Shown: piece by piece, positions 34,101 to 46,100 of the stretch
Layout of the letters: every line of letters begins with the position of its first letter
Position numbering within the stretch: the stretch's first letter is position 1
NCBI RefSeq assembly: GCF_044704955.1
Contig: NC_091989.1
Location: 21,328,001-21,392,000, forward strand
Direction: 5' to 3'
Source: Pristiophorus japonicus
Lineage: Eukaryota
DNA: 64,000 nucleotides
Translations under genes and position numbers: made by a program
Notes under the pieces: generated by a model
Databases searched by the model: none
Seen by the model: the letters and a program-made list of their open reading frames with translations, nothing else
Told to the model about the DNA's origin: nothing

Positions 34101-37100
34101 TGTGTGTTTAGGGATATGTGAGGGAGGGGTGTGTAAGTATATGTGAGTAGAAGTGTTTATTAGGAGGTATATGGAATGTGTGTGGTGTGTGTGTTTGGAG
34201 GGGGTTGTGTGTAGGGTATGTATGTGGAGGTGTGTGTGTGTGGGGAGTATGTGTGTGTGGGGTATATGCATGGGCTATGTGTGAGTGGGGGTGTGTTTGG
34301 AGGAGTGTGTGTGTGGAGGGTATTTGTGTGTGTTTGGAGGAGTGTGTGTGTGTGTGGGGGGTGTGTGTGTGGAGGGTATTTGTGTGTGTTTGGAGGAGTG
34401 TGTGTGTGTGTGGGGGGGGGAGGTGTGGAGGGTATTTGTGTGTGTTTGGGGGAGTGTGTGGAGGGTATTTGTGTGTGTTTGGGGGCGGGGGGGGCTGTGG
34501 AGGGTAATGGTGTGTGTTTGGGGGAGTGTGTGTGTGGGGGGGGGAGGTGTGGAGGGTATTTGTGTGTGTTTGGGGAGTGCGTGTGGATGTGGGGGGGGAT
34601 GTGTGGAGGGTATTGGTGTGTGTGGGGGGGGGGTGTGTTGAGGTTATTTGTGTGTGTTTGGGGGAGTGTGTGTGGATGTGGGGGGTGGTGGAGGGTATTG
34701 GTGTGTGTTTGGGGAGTGTGTGGAGGGTATTGGTGTGTGTTTGGGGGCGGGGGGGGGGCGTGGAGGGTATTGGTGTGTGTTTGGCGAGTGTGTGGAGGGT
34801 ATTGGTGTGTGTTTGGGGGCAGGGGGGGTGTGGAGGGTATTGGTGTGTGTTTGGGGGAGTGTGTGGAGGGTATTGGTGTGTGTTTGGGGGCGGGGGGGGA
34901 TGTGGAGGGTATTGGTGTATGTTTGGGGGCGGGGGGGTGTGGAGGGTATTGGTGTGTGTTTGGGGGCGGGGGGGTGGTGTGGAGGGTATTGGTATGTGTT
35001 TGGGGGAGTGTGTGGAGGGTATTGGTGTGTGTTTGGGGAGTGTGTGGAGGGTATTGGTGTGTGTTTGGGGCGGGGGGGGAGTGTGTGGAGGGTATTGGTG
35101 TGTGTTTGGGGAGCGTGTGGAGGGTATTGGTGTGTGTTTGGGGCGGGGGGGGAGTGTGTGGAGTGTATTGGTGTGTGTTTGGGGAGTGTGTGGAGGGTAT
35201 TGGTGTGTGTTTGGGGCGGGGGGGGAGTGTGTGGAGGGTATTGGTGTGTGTTTGGGGAGTGTGTGGAGGGTATTGGTGTGTGTTTGGGGCGGGGGGGGTG
35301 TGGAGGGTATTGGTGTGTGTTTGGAGAGTGTGTGGAGGGTATTGGTGTGTGTGGATGTGGGGGGGGGGGGGGGTGGAGGGTATTGGTGTGTGTTTGGGGG
35401 AATGTGTGCACGGGGGTATGGCATATCAGATGAGGATTAAGCTGGTCTGTAATGCCTCTAGCATTGGGTAACCTGCGGAAGTGAAGCAAGGAAGTAGGTG
35501 GGAGATAAAATCGACTGTTAACGATATTGATCTTTGTTTCCCCTCCCAACCGACATCACAAAAACAGATTATCTGGTCATTTATCTCATTGCTGATTGTG
35601 GGATCATGCTGTGCACAACAGCAGTGACAACCCATGAACTGTACTTCTGTGAAGTGCTGGGTGATGTCCCGAGAGTGTGAAAGGTTGTGTATAAAGCCAC
35701 GCCTTGTCTTTAGGTGATGATTGATGATGAGAAAGCTGAGCTGGAGCAGACGACCATGATGGAACACACCTCCAACACCTTCAACTACGGCAACTACCAC
35801 ACACTGGACGAGGTACGTATGCAGCGACTTTACTGGTAAGGTGTTGCTCCACATTTGTCCGCCAGGCGCTGACAACACTGTGACTCGGGGGGGGGGGGGG
35901 GCGCAGAGGGAAGGCTATAACCAGCGGACACAACACTGGCGCCAGCCAACTCCTGAAGCTCTAGGTCGGTGTGTGGAGACCTTGCAGATACAGTAGATGA
36001 GAGAGGAAGGGACAGGGTCATGAACATGGAAAGAGCACTGGCCCATCAGGCTCCTTCCATCCACTGACCTTTCAGTCACTCTCATCCACAGAGATACTTC
36101 CAGCAAAATTCCAGACAACCCATCTAACCTCATTCTCATTACATGTCCCCAACCACTTGCCTCAGTTAGTATGACAGGTCTGAGTTCTCAATTACTAGTT
36201 AGAATGGTTGGTGAGTATGTCAATTACTAGTTAAAGTGGTTAGTGAGTATGTCAATTACTAGTTAGATCAGATAGTGAGCATGTCTAGTACCAGTTAAAT
36301 TGGTTAATGAGTATGACCATTACTAGTTAGATTGGTTAGTGATTATGACCAGTATAAGTTAGATTGGTTAGTGAGTATGACCATTACTAGTTAGATTGGT
36401 TAGTGAGTGGCAACCAAATTGGTAAAAATGTTTTTTTTTAGTTTTCAGTATCTTTATTCCCGACTGATAGTTTTGAAAACATTTAGAAAAGACCTCCTGG
36501 CCTTTTGGCACAATTCAGTTGGATACACTGCACTTTTTGGGGTTTGGATGGGGCTGGAATGAGGAGTATACGTTTTATTGAATGAAACGATCCTAATGTG
36601 TATGGAATGAGTCACTGAGTGGTACAAGCTAGAAATGAGCTGATGTGACCCCGGCCTGCACTGGGTTGGTGTGTCTCAACTGGCCAGTGATTACCACACT
36701 ACATTCTCAGTGCCCCTGGATTAAGGAGAGGATGATCAGCCAGTGTTCCCACTCCCGATTGCAATCCAACATCACTCCTTCCCCTAGAAGTGGAAGAGAG
36801 TATGATCAGATACAGCTGTGACGCCCCAGCAGCGGAATAGCCAGGTCTCGAGTTTTTTCAATCACTGTTTTTCTATCTTGTGTTATTTCCTCTCCTATTC
36901 CTCCTTAGATCCAAAAACATTGTCCAATACACTCTTCCTCCCCCTACATCCTCATGGTGTTCAAATCAAGACTTGTTGCACGGTCTTCTACTCTAACTCA
37001 TTCTGTTCCAGGCCTGTACCTCTTCACCGGGTCACAAGTTGGGTTCAGGTGAAGTTGGGCCCTTCAGCCCATTTGATCTCATCCTTAAAGAAGACCAACT

Positions 37101-40100
37101 CTACCACCAACATATTGCACTATCTAGCTGTTCTTTAATGAGCCCAGTGTCCTGCCCTTTGTGGAAACCCATTCCAGTTGTTGATCACCTTTGGTGTAAA
37201 GACACATTGCCCGATTCCTACCTTCATTTGCCCATCATAATCCTGAACGAGAGTCATCAAGTCCTGCTGTTAAGGCACCTCTTGATTTACCTCATCAATT
37301 CTCCAAACTCAGTGTGACGATGGGCCTTCCGTGCCCCCCCTTAGCTGGTTTCCTCAAGAATGACAATAAATGTTTACCGTTGCGCGGAAGAGTGTCGGTG
37401 TGTGTTGTTTTAATTTGCGTCTGACTTTTGCCCCAGATCTATAGTTGGATGGACAGTCTTGTTGTTGAGTATCCAGGACTGGTACAGAAGCAACAGATTG
37501 GGAAATCATTCGAAGGCCGCCCACTCTATGTGCTGAAGGTATGGAAATGGTTTGGGAGTGATTGAGGTGTTTGAGTAAATGAAGGAACAGGAGGAGGCCA
37601 TTCAGCCCCATGAGCCTGTTCTCTTGTTTTTTCTAATCCTTCGACAAATCCGCTGCCTCTGCTCAAGGGAAGGGTAGACAATTGATGTGTGAATTAAAAT
37701 GCAACTGATTCGCTGGAAGGCAACTGGCCCCTTTGCTAGAGATTGCCTCTATCTCTCTGTCTCTGGTATCGCCCAGACTGCAGCCAATGGATTGACTGAG
37801 CTGCTCCCGACGCTGCTGTTACTCAGCCCACTGCAGACACAGCTTGGAGTCAGAGATTGAAGGCCAAGCAGGTAAATCTACCGCAGGGTGCTTCTCATTC
37901 TTCAACTGATCTACATCAACAACAACATAGGCAGTCCCTCGAAGCGAGGATGACTTGCTTCCACACCAAAAAGGGATGAGTTCACAGGTGTTTCAATGAA
38001 GGACCTAATATTCCAGGTCCCGAACTACATATTGAAGGGTGGAAGATGCCTGTGTGTGGATTTTTTTAACATGTGATGGCCAGCCACCACACGGGCTTGA
38101 CAGAGCTAGGTCTTGCTCCAGTGGCAAGATTAACCAAGACGATTGGAGACCAGCTCTGCTGCACGGACCTAGTGCGCGCACATATTGCAGTGTGGGCTGG
38201 TCCGTGCTGCCCCTGGGCCCTCGCCTCGTCTGAGCCCCAAACCCACGCCTCTTCTGGGCCCCGATCACTTCCATCTACAAACTCTTGCCGCTCCTTGGGC
38301 ATAGGAACAGGAGCAGTCCATTCAGCCCCTCGAGCTTATTCAGCTATTCAATTAGATCATGGCTGCTCTGCATCTCAACTCCATTTACCCACCTTGGCTC
38401 CATACCCTTCGATAGATACCCTTATCCATCAAAAATCTTGGTCTTGAAAGCTTCAATTGACCTCCAACATGCACAGTCGTTTAGGGAAGAGAGTTCCAGA
38501 TTACTAGCCTTTTGATTACTTTTTTATCTGTATTCTCTAATACCTTAAGTGTGAACAAAAATGCTTCCTGATTTCCCATCTGAACGGCCTAGCTCTAATG
38601 TTAGGATTATTCCCTACGTTCTGGATTCCCCCACCAGTTTCTCAGTATCTACCCTTTCAAATCCCTTTGTCACTTTAAATACTTTGATTAGATCACCCCT
38701 CAACCTTCTGAACTCAAGGGAATACAAGTCTAGTCTATGCAACCTGGCCTCATAATTTAACCCATTAAGCCCCGGTATCATTCTGCTGAACCTGCGCTCC
38801 ACCCCCTCCAAACCCAACGTATCCTCCTCGAGGTGCGGTGCTCAGTACTGAACGCAGTACTCCAGATGTGGTCTGACCAAGGCTCTGTACAACTGAAGCA
38901 TGAAACATTGGTGGGGCTGAGGAGTCGTGGGCTGCCCCTCTTCAAAGTAGATACTGCATGTAGTATTGGTCCTTGGTGTGCATCCTGTTGCTCAGTTTGT
39001 ACCGAGGTTATTTCGCTGACTGTGTAGAAGCTGCAGAGTGGGGGTGGGGTGGGCCCAAAACCAGCCAAAATAACTTAAAGAATAATTTAAACTCTCGAAA
39101 GAAAATCCCTTCTCAACCAAAAATATCGGACAGGAAGAAAACCAGCCGTCCTATACTGGTGGCTGCTTCATGCTCAACGATTAGTCACTTTCTCCCAGTG
39201 TCCTGGCCAACCGTTATCCCTCAACCACCTCAATCAGATCATCACATTGCTGTTTAGTGGGATCTTGCTGTGTGCAAATGGTCTGCCGCTTTCCCCCAAC
39301 ATTACAACAGTAACAGCACTTCCGAAGTACTTCATTCACTGCTCTTCAGGCTCTTTGGGACATCGAAAGGCGCTATATAAATGCAAGTTATTTCTTTTCT
39401 TTTGTTCTACCCACGAGGAGCCATATTATCTCCTGGGAGCGGTGAAAAACCAATAAAACCCCGAGGCCAGTTAAAGCAAAACAAAATACGGAAAATATCT
39501 CCCCCGCCCCGGCATTCTGTCCAATTAAATGAACGAATGGAAAATCGGGCGGGCTCCATGACGGGTGGCGCTCTCGGTTTTCTCTCTGCTCCGCCCAGGT
39601 GATGCTTTAATCCCCTGAGTAGCCGCGGGAACGGTGGCATAGTGGTTATGTTACTGGACTCGTAATCTAGAAGCCTGGAATAATGAGTTCAAATGACAGC
39701 TGGGGAATTTAAATTCAGTTAATTAACTAAATCTGGAATAAAAAGCTAGTATCAGTAATGGTGACCAGAAAACTACTGGATTGCTGTAAAAACCCATTTG
39801 GTTCACTAGTGTCCTGTATGGAAGGAAACCTGCCGTCCTAACCTGGTCTGGCCTACATGTGGCTCCAGACCCACAGCAATGCGGTTGACTCTGAAGTGGC
39901 CAAGTAAAAACCACTCAGTTTTACCAAACCGCTTCAAGGAACAGCCGTTCAAGGCGGCGGATCACCACCACCTTCTCATGGGCAATTAAAGATGGGCAAT
40001 AAATGCTGGCCTTGTCAGCGACGCCCACATCCCGTGAACAAATAAATTAAAACAAGAGCCCTAAAGGGGGAAAATCTGTCCCTTTCGGCACTGGGCCACG

Positions 40101-43100
40101 CTCCTGCTTGTAACCGTATCCCATTCACTCTTGACAGTTCAGCACCGGTGGGATTGGGCGCCCGGCCATCTGGATCGACAGCGGAATCCACGCTCGGGAG
40201 TGGGTCTCTCCCGCCAGCGCAATCTGGATGGCGAAGAAGGTAACGAAATGTTGAGCGGAAGTGCAGGAGGGGGAGGGGGGGCGGTGCTTAAAGGGAAGCG
40301 CAGGTTCAACTGAGCTACACAGACTGGGAAAGGTCGGGATCCATCCCTGTTTAGTGCTTCGTTAGCTGACCTCGGTGCTGGGGGGAGGGGACGGCAGAGT
40401 TGGCCTCAGCTCCAGCGGGCAGGGCGGGGGGTGGTGGCAGAGTTGGCCTCAGTACTAGTTGGAAGTGGGGGCGGAAGAGTTGGCCTCAGCACCCTGGGTC
40501 TCGGGGGAGAACAAACGTGTGAGGTTTGTGTGACAGAGGGCGACTGACTGACCCTGGTGACAAGGTACCTGTGCATACACTCCGGGGTCGGGCAAACAAA
40601 TAGACTTCCCAAAATAACTGATTGTTGGGGAATCCCATCGGGAAGTCTGTTGTCCGGGGAATGTTAAACTCTCTAGTGAATTTAGTTATTTTCATTCAAA
40701 ATAATGAACTCAATTTCCCTGCTCTCTACTTATCTGTTTGTTGTTCCATCTCACTCATTATCTCTCTATTTGTGTCTTGTTCTATCTCACTCTCTGTTTC
40801 TCTCTTCACCTTACTCTCTGTCTCACTCACTATCTCACTCTCCGTCTCTCTCTTCACCTTACTCTCTGTCTCACGCACTCTCTATCTGTGTCTTGTTCTA
40901 TCTCTCCATCTCTCTCTTCACTTTACTCTCTGTCTCACTCATTATCTCTTTATCTGTCTTTTGTTTTCTCACTCTCTGTCTCCTCACCTCACTCTCTGTC
41001 TCACTCACTATCTCTCTATCTGTATTTTTCTATCTCACTCTCTAGCTCTCTCTTCACCTTACACTCTGTCTCACTCACTCTACCCCTCTATCTGTTTCAC
41101 TTGCTTTGTCTACTTCTCTCTTTCCTTCTCTCACTCACTCTTAATTCTCTTTGTTGCCCCCCAAACACTCCCAATGAGACACACAGGTTTGTCGAGGCAG
41201 CAGTTGTACTGTGCTGGACAGGGATGTGGGTTCCTCAGGGCGGTACGAGGTCACACACACCAGGAATGTGCCAGCTTTGATCCTTGAGTGGTGTACAGCT
41301 GCAAACATCTGTCAAACTTAAACCCGGCCCCAGGCGACACTTTGAGGAAAAGAGCAGGGCTCAAACACCACTCGTTATATCGCAAACTCTTTCTTTCACC
41401 GACAGATCACCTCTGACTATGGCCAGGAGCCCTTTCTCACATCACTGCTGAAGAAAATGGACATCTTCATGGAGATTGTGGTGAACCCAGATGGTTATGT
41501 TTACACCCACACCAGGGTCAGTACTCCAGGGGCTTCCAGCGTGACTGTGTCACTCAGCGTCGTCTCCGAGCCCTTGGATTCGGCCGTGTGAATGATCACC
41601 ACAAACACTGAGCACCTTCCCTTTGGTCCCTTATTTAAAAGGAGATGGCCTGCTTATGAATGAGTCAGTTCACCACCAGTTCAGTGTTTGTCGGTGATGT
41701 ACACACAGGCTGAGGGTTCGGTAAATATCGATGATCTGGTCATTTATCACGATACTGTTTGTGGGATCTTGCTGTGCACAAACTGGTTGCCGCGATGCCC
41801 TTACAACAGTGACTACACTTCAAGAAAGTCCTTCATTGGCTGTAAAGTGCTTTGTACGCCCTGGGGCCATGAAAGGGGTGATATAAATGCAAGTTCGTTC
41901 TTTTCTTTTGTTCTATCCACGAGGAGCCATGTTAGCTCCTGGGAGAGGCGAAAAACAAGGTCAAAACTTAAGATCTTTTTTTCTTTTCCCTCTCCCCCGG
42001 GTGGTTTCGCAATCCTTTAATTATTTTGGAATTTTTTTCCCTGACCTCATGAGCATGCTGTAATACTCGTGCTCTGACCTCACGAGCATAAGAACATAAG
42101 AAATAGGAACAGGAGTAGGCCATACGGCCCCTCGAGCCTGCTCCGCCATTCAATAAGATCATGGCTGATCTGATCATGGACTCAGCTCCACTTCCCCGCC
42201 CGCTCCCCATAACCCCTTATCCCCCTATCTTTTAAGAAACTGTCTATTTCTGTCTTAAATTTATTCAATGTCCCAGCTTCCACAGCTCTCTGCGACAGCG
42301 AATTCCACAGATTTCCAACCCTCTGAGAGAAGAATTTTTTCCTCATCTCAGTTTTAAATGGATGGCCCCTTATTCTAAGATCATGCCCTCTAGTTCTAGT
42401 CTCCCCTATCAGTGGAAACATCCTCTCTGCATCCACCTTGTCAAGCCCCCTCATAATCTTATACGTTTCAATAAGATCACCTCTCATTCTTCTGAATTCC
42501 AATGAACCTACTGAACCTTTCCTCATAAGTTAACCCCCTCATCCCCGGAATCAACCTAGTGAGCCTTGTCTGAGCATGCTGTAATACCCATGCGCTGACC
42601 TCACGAGGATGCTGTAATCATCATAGCCGGACCCTCAAACCAGGATGACTTGCTTCCTCAAGAGTTCACAGATGTTTCAATGAAGGACCCGATATTCCAG
42701 TCCTGAACTCCAATTGAGGGGGGTGGAAGATGCCTCTGCGTGGATTTTTTTAACGTGTGGTGATCGTTGCACATCAGCCACCACACGGACGTGACAGAGC
42801 TAGGTCTTGGTCCAGCGACAAGGGTTAACCAGGACGACTGGAGACTTGCTCTATTGCATGGACCTAGTGCGTGCACATATCGCAGTGTCGGCTGGCCCTT
42901 GCTGCCCCTGGGCCCTCGGCTCTTCTGGGCCCCGTAGCCTCATTCGCCGCACCTCCTCCACGATCTCCCACTGCAATACTCGTGCTCTGACCTGAAGAGG
43001 ATGCTACAATATTCATGCTCTGACCTCACGAGCATGCTGTAACATAATGCTGGTGTTCTAATATCGTGTGCCCTTTTTCTAGAACCGAATGTGGCGTAAG

Positions 43101-46100
43101 ACCAGGTCCACAGTCCCGGGAAGGAAATGTGTTGGGGTTGACGCCAACAGGAACTTCGATGCTGGGTTTGGAGGTGTGTGAGGTGATTTTTTTTTCCTTC
43201 TTCCAATAGCTCCCTCCCCCACACCACACACACTTCTCTCCATCGTTTCACAAGCAGCACAACTCCACATAGTACCTCGATGATCTGCCCGCTCAGCTGG
43301 GTTTGGAGGAAAATTCAAAGTGCTGTAAAATAGGAATATAATTACACTCAGGACTGGGCCGGAGGTCATCAGTCAGGGGCAGAGAGCTATTCGACTGCTG
43401 TAGGCACTGCCGCTGTGTCTGATCTTGCCCTCACCCAACATCTACACACACGCATTTTGCAGCAGCCGGGGGATGGGGGGAGGGGGGCGGGATGGGAGCT
43501 GTGGTGATCACTGGATAAGCCACCAGGAGCCATAATCCTGGCTGAATTTTCCTCTCCCCCAAGTGCACTGAGGCTAGTCGCTGAGAACAGGTAAACTCAG
43601 CGCAGTCACTCGGGTTCCAAGATTTGATATCAGGACCATCGCTGGAAGTAAGAGAGTGCAGACATCGGGTGAGGACAGGATCAAAGTTGGCTGCGACGCC
43701 CCTGTGGTTGAACAGCCTGGCAATACCGACTCTGGGCTCATACAGTTTGGGCAAGACAGTGGCGGGCGCCAGTGCCGATGAATCAGCACCTGCCGCAGAG
43801 GAGGAAACAGTGCGATGGGCTGGGAGCAATACACATACGTGTCTGTGTAAAGATTAACGCCGTCTGCTGTTCACGCAACAGGTCCTGGAACCAGTAACAA
43901 TCCGTGCATGGAGACGTACCATGGGCCCCACGCCAACTCCGAGCCCGAGGTCGCTGCCATCGTGGACTTCGTGCGGAGTTACAGAAACATCAAGAGCTTC
44001 ATCACCATTCACAGTTACTCCCAACTTCTCATGTTCCCCTTTGGCTACAAGTGCGTGCACCCTGCTAACTACCAGGAGTTGGTAGGTCAACACCTTCTTT
44101 ACGTTATTAATTCTCCGTTTCCCCCCCCCCCCCTCCCCGTTTCCCGCTCTGCTGTGAATTCCCCTCCCTGCGTCCCCGTTCCTTCTCCTGAACAGGCTTG
44201 AGCCCATGCTTGGGCGGAGGGAGACGAGGGGGTGGGCTCCTGTCTCACCAAAGCTGAGTGCCCTCTATTATCTCCTCTGAGTGGCCAGTCTATTCAGCGA
44301 CGGGCGGCATCACAGCCAGGCCCAGTGCTGGCCGAGCCCCTGGCCTGCACTCCCAGTAGGAGTCACTGGCGAGCAATCAGGAAATGGGAACCTGTCCAAT
44401 ACTTCCCTCCCCAATCCAGAGACACAGACGACAACTTTAGTTTCTCTGGTGCGACCCTGGTTGAGACCAGTCAGCTCAGCACCGACCAAGAATCGAGGTA
44501 GTGCCATCCAGTTTGAATGCCGCTCCTTGCTGCCTTACCCCACAGAGCCATCGGGGGAGTGGAAGCAAAGCCCACTAGTTTAGTGCAATTCCAAAACATT
44601 CCCTTTAAAGGTGAATATAGTGGAAGGATCACTTTAATTGTTTACTGAAGTCTTATGAAATAATTGTTTATTATATATAAATAATGGCACACGAAAACCA
44701 AGTGTCAGCTTGGCTAAGTAGGTAGCATCTCGCCTCTGAGTCAGAAAGTTGTGTGGTTCAACCCAGAGACGTGAGCACGTAAGCTAGGCTCGTGCTTCAG
44801 TGGAGCGCTGCACTATCAGAGGAGCCATCTTTCAGATGCGACGTTAAACAGAGGCCCCACCTGCCTTTTCATAAAAGATCCCACGGTTTTTGAAGGAGAG
44901 AAAGGAGTTCTCTTGGTGTCCTGGCCAATATTTATCCCTCAATTAACGCCAGCAAAACAGATTAATTGGCCATGCATTTCCTTTGCTGTGCGTGTGGGAT
45001 CTAGCACTGTACAAATTGGCTGCTGTGTCTCAGTGGGTAGCACTCTCACCTCTGAGTCAGAAGGTTGAGGGTTCAAACCCCACTCCAGAGACTTGAGCAA
45101 AAAAAATCTAAGTTGACACTCCCGTGGAGTGCTGAGGGAGTGCTGCACTGTTGGAAGTGCCGTTTTTTGGATGAGACATTAAACTAAAGCACTGCCTGCT
45201 TTCTCAATTGGATATAAAAGATCCCTTGGCACTATTTTGAAGAAGAACAGGGGAGTTATCCCTGGTGTTCTGGCCAATGTTTATCCCTCAATCAACATCA
45301 CTAAAAAAACAGATTATTTGTTCATTATTACATTGCTGTTTGTGGGAGCTTGCTATGTGCAAATTGGCTGCCACATTTCCTACATTACAACAGTGACTAC
45401 ATTTCAAAAGTACTTCATCGACTGTAAAGCGCTTTGGGGTGTCCTGAGGTCGTGAAAGACGCTATATAAATGCAAGTCTTTCTTTTTTTTTCCAAAAGTC
45501 ACTCATTGGTTATAAAGGTTTCCACCTGCCCTAGAGAAGCGTTCTTTCTCCCAAATAGAAAGCATAGTCTGAAATGATCAATTGTCACTCACGTTAATGA
45601 TATATCGAACGGCTGATTCAAAAAGGAACTGGATCAGTATCTGGTTTGGAACAGCACTGAGGGGTACAGGAGTAAGGACAATGAGATGATCAGCTACTCC
45701 ATGATGGGTGGTGGGTCTCTGGGTCTGGAAGGGGAGGGGAGAGAGAATAGCAGGCCAGGGCTGAATAGTATTTTACATTTCAGTAACAGGGAGTATTTAT
45801 ACACAACTTTCTCTTTAGATATTAAATGGCTGGGTAGATCCCGTGATACAATGGACTGTACGTGGACTGTGGAAGGAGAGGGCCTAAGGGACAAAGTGGC
45901 CTTTTCTCATTCTGTTATGGATAGAGTATACAAGTAAGGAAGTCCTGCTACAATTATACAGGGTATTGGTGAGACCACACCTGGAGTACTGCGCACAGTT
46001 TTGGTCTCCTTATTGAAGGAGGGATGTACTTGAATTGGAGGTAGTTCAGAGATTGAGGTTGATTCCTGAGATGAGGGGGTTGACCTATGAAGAAAGGTTG

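Noticed and set aside
34108-35549. ORFs up to 438 aa (Pro/His/Thr or Val/Cys/Gly rich)
   Set aside because: Products of the GT-rich repeat within CPA intron 3.
40622-41287. Leu/Ser-rich 221-aa ORF resembling a membrane protein
   Set aside because: CT-rich low-complexity intronic sequence.
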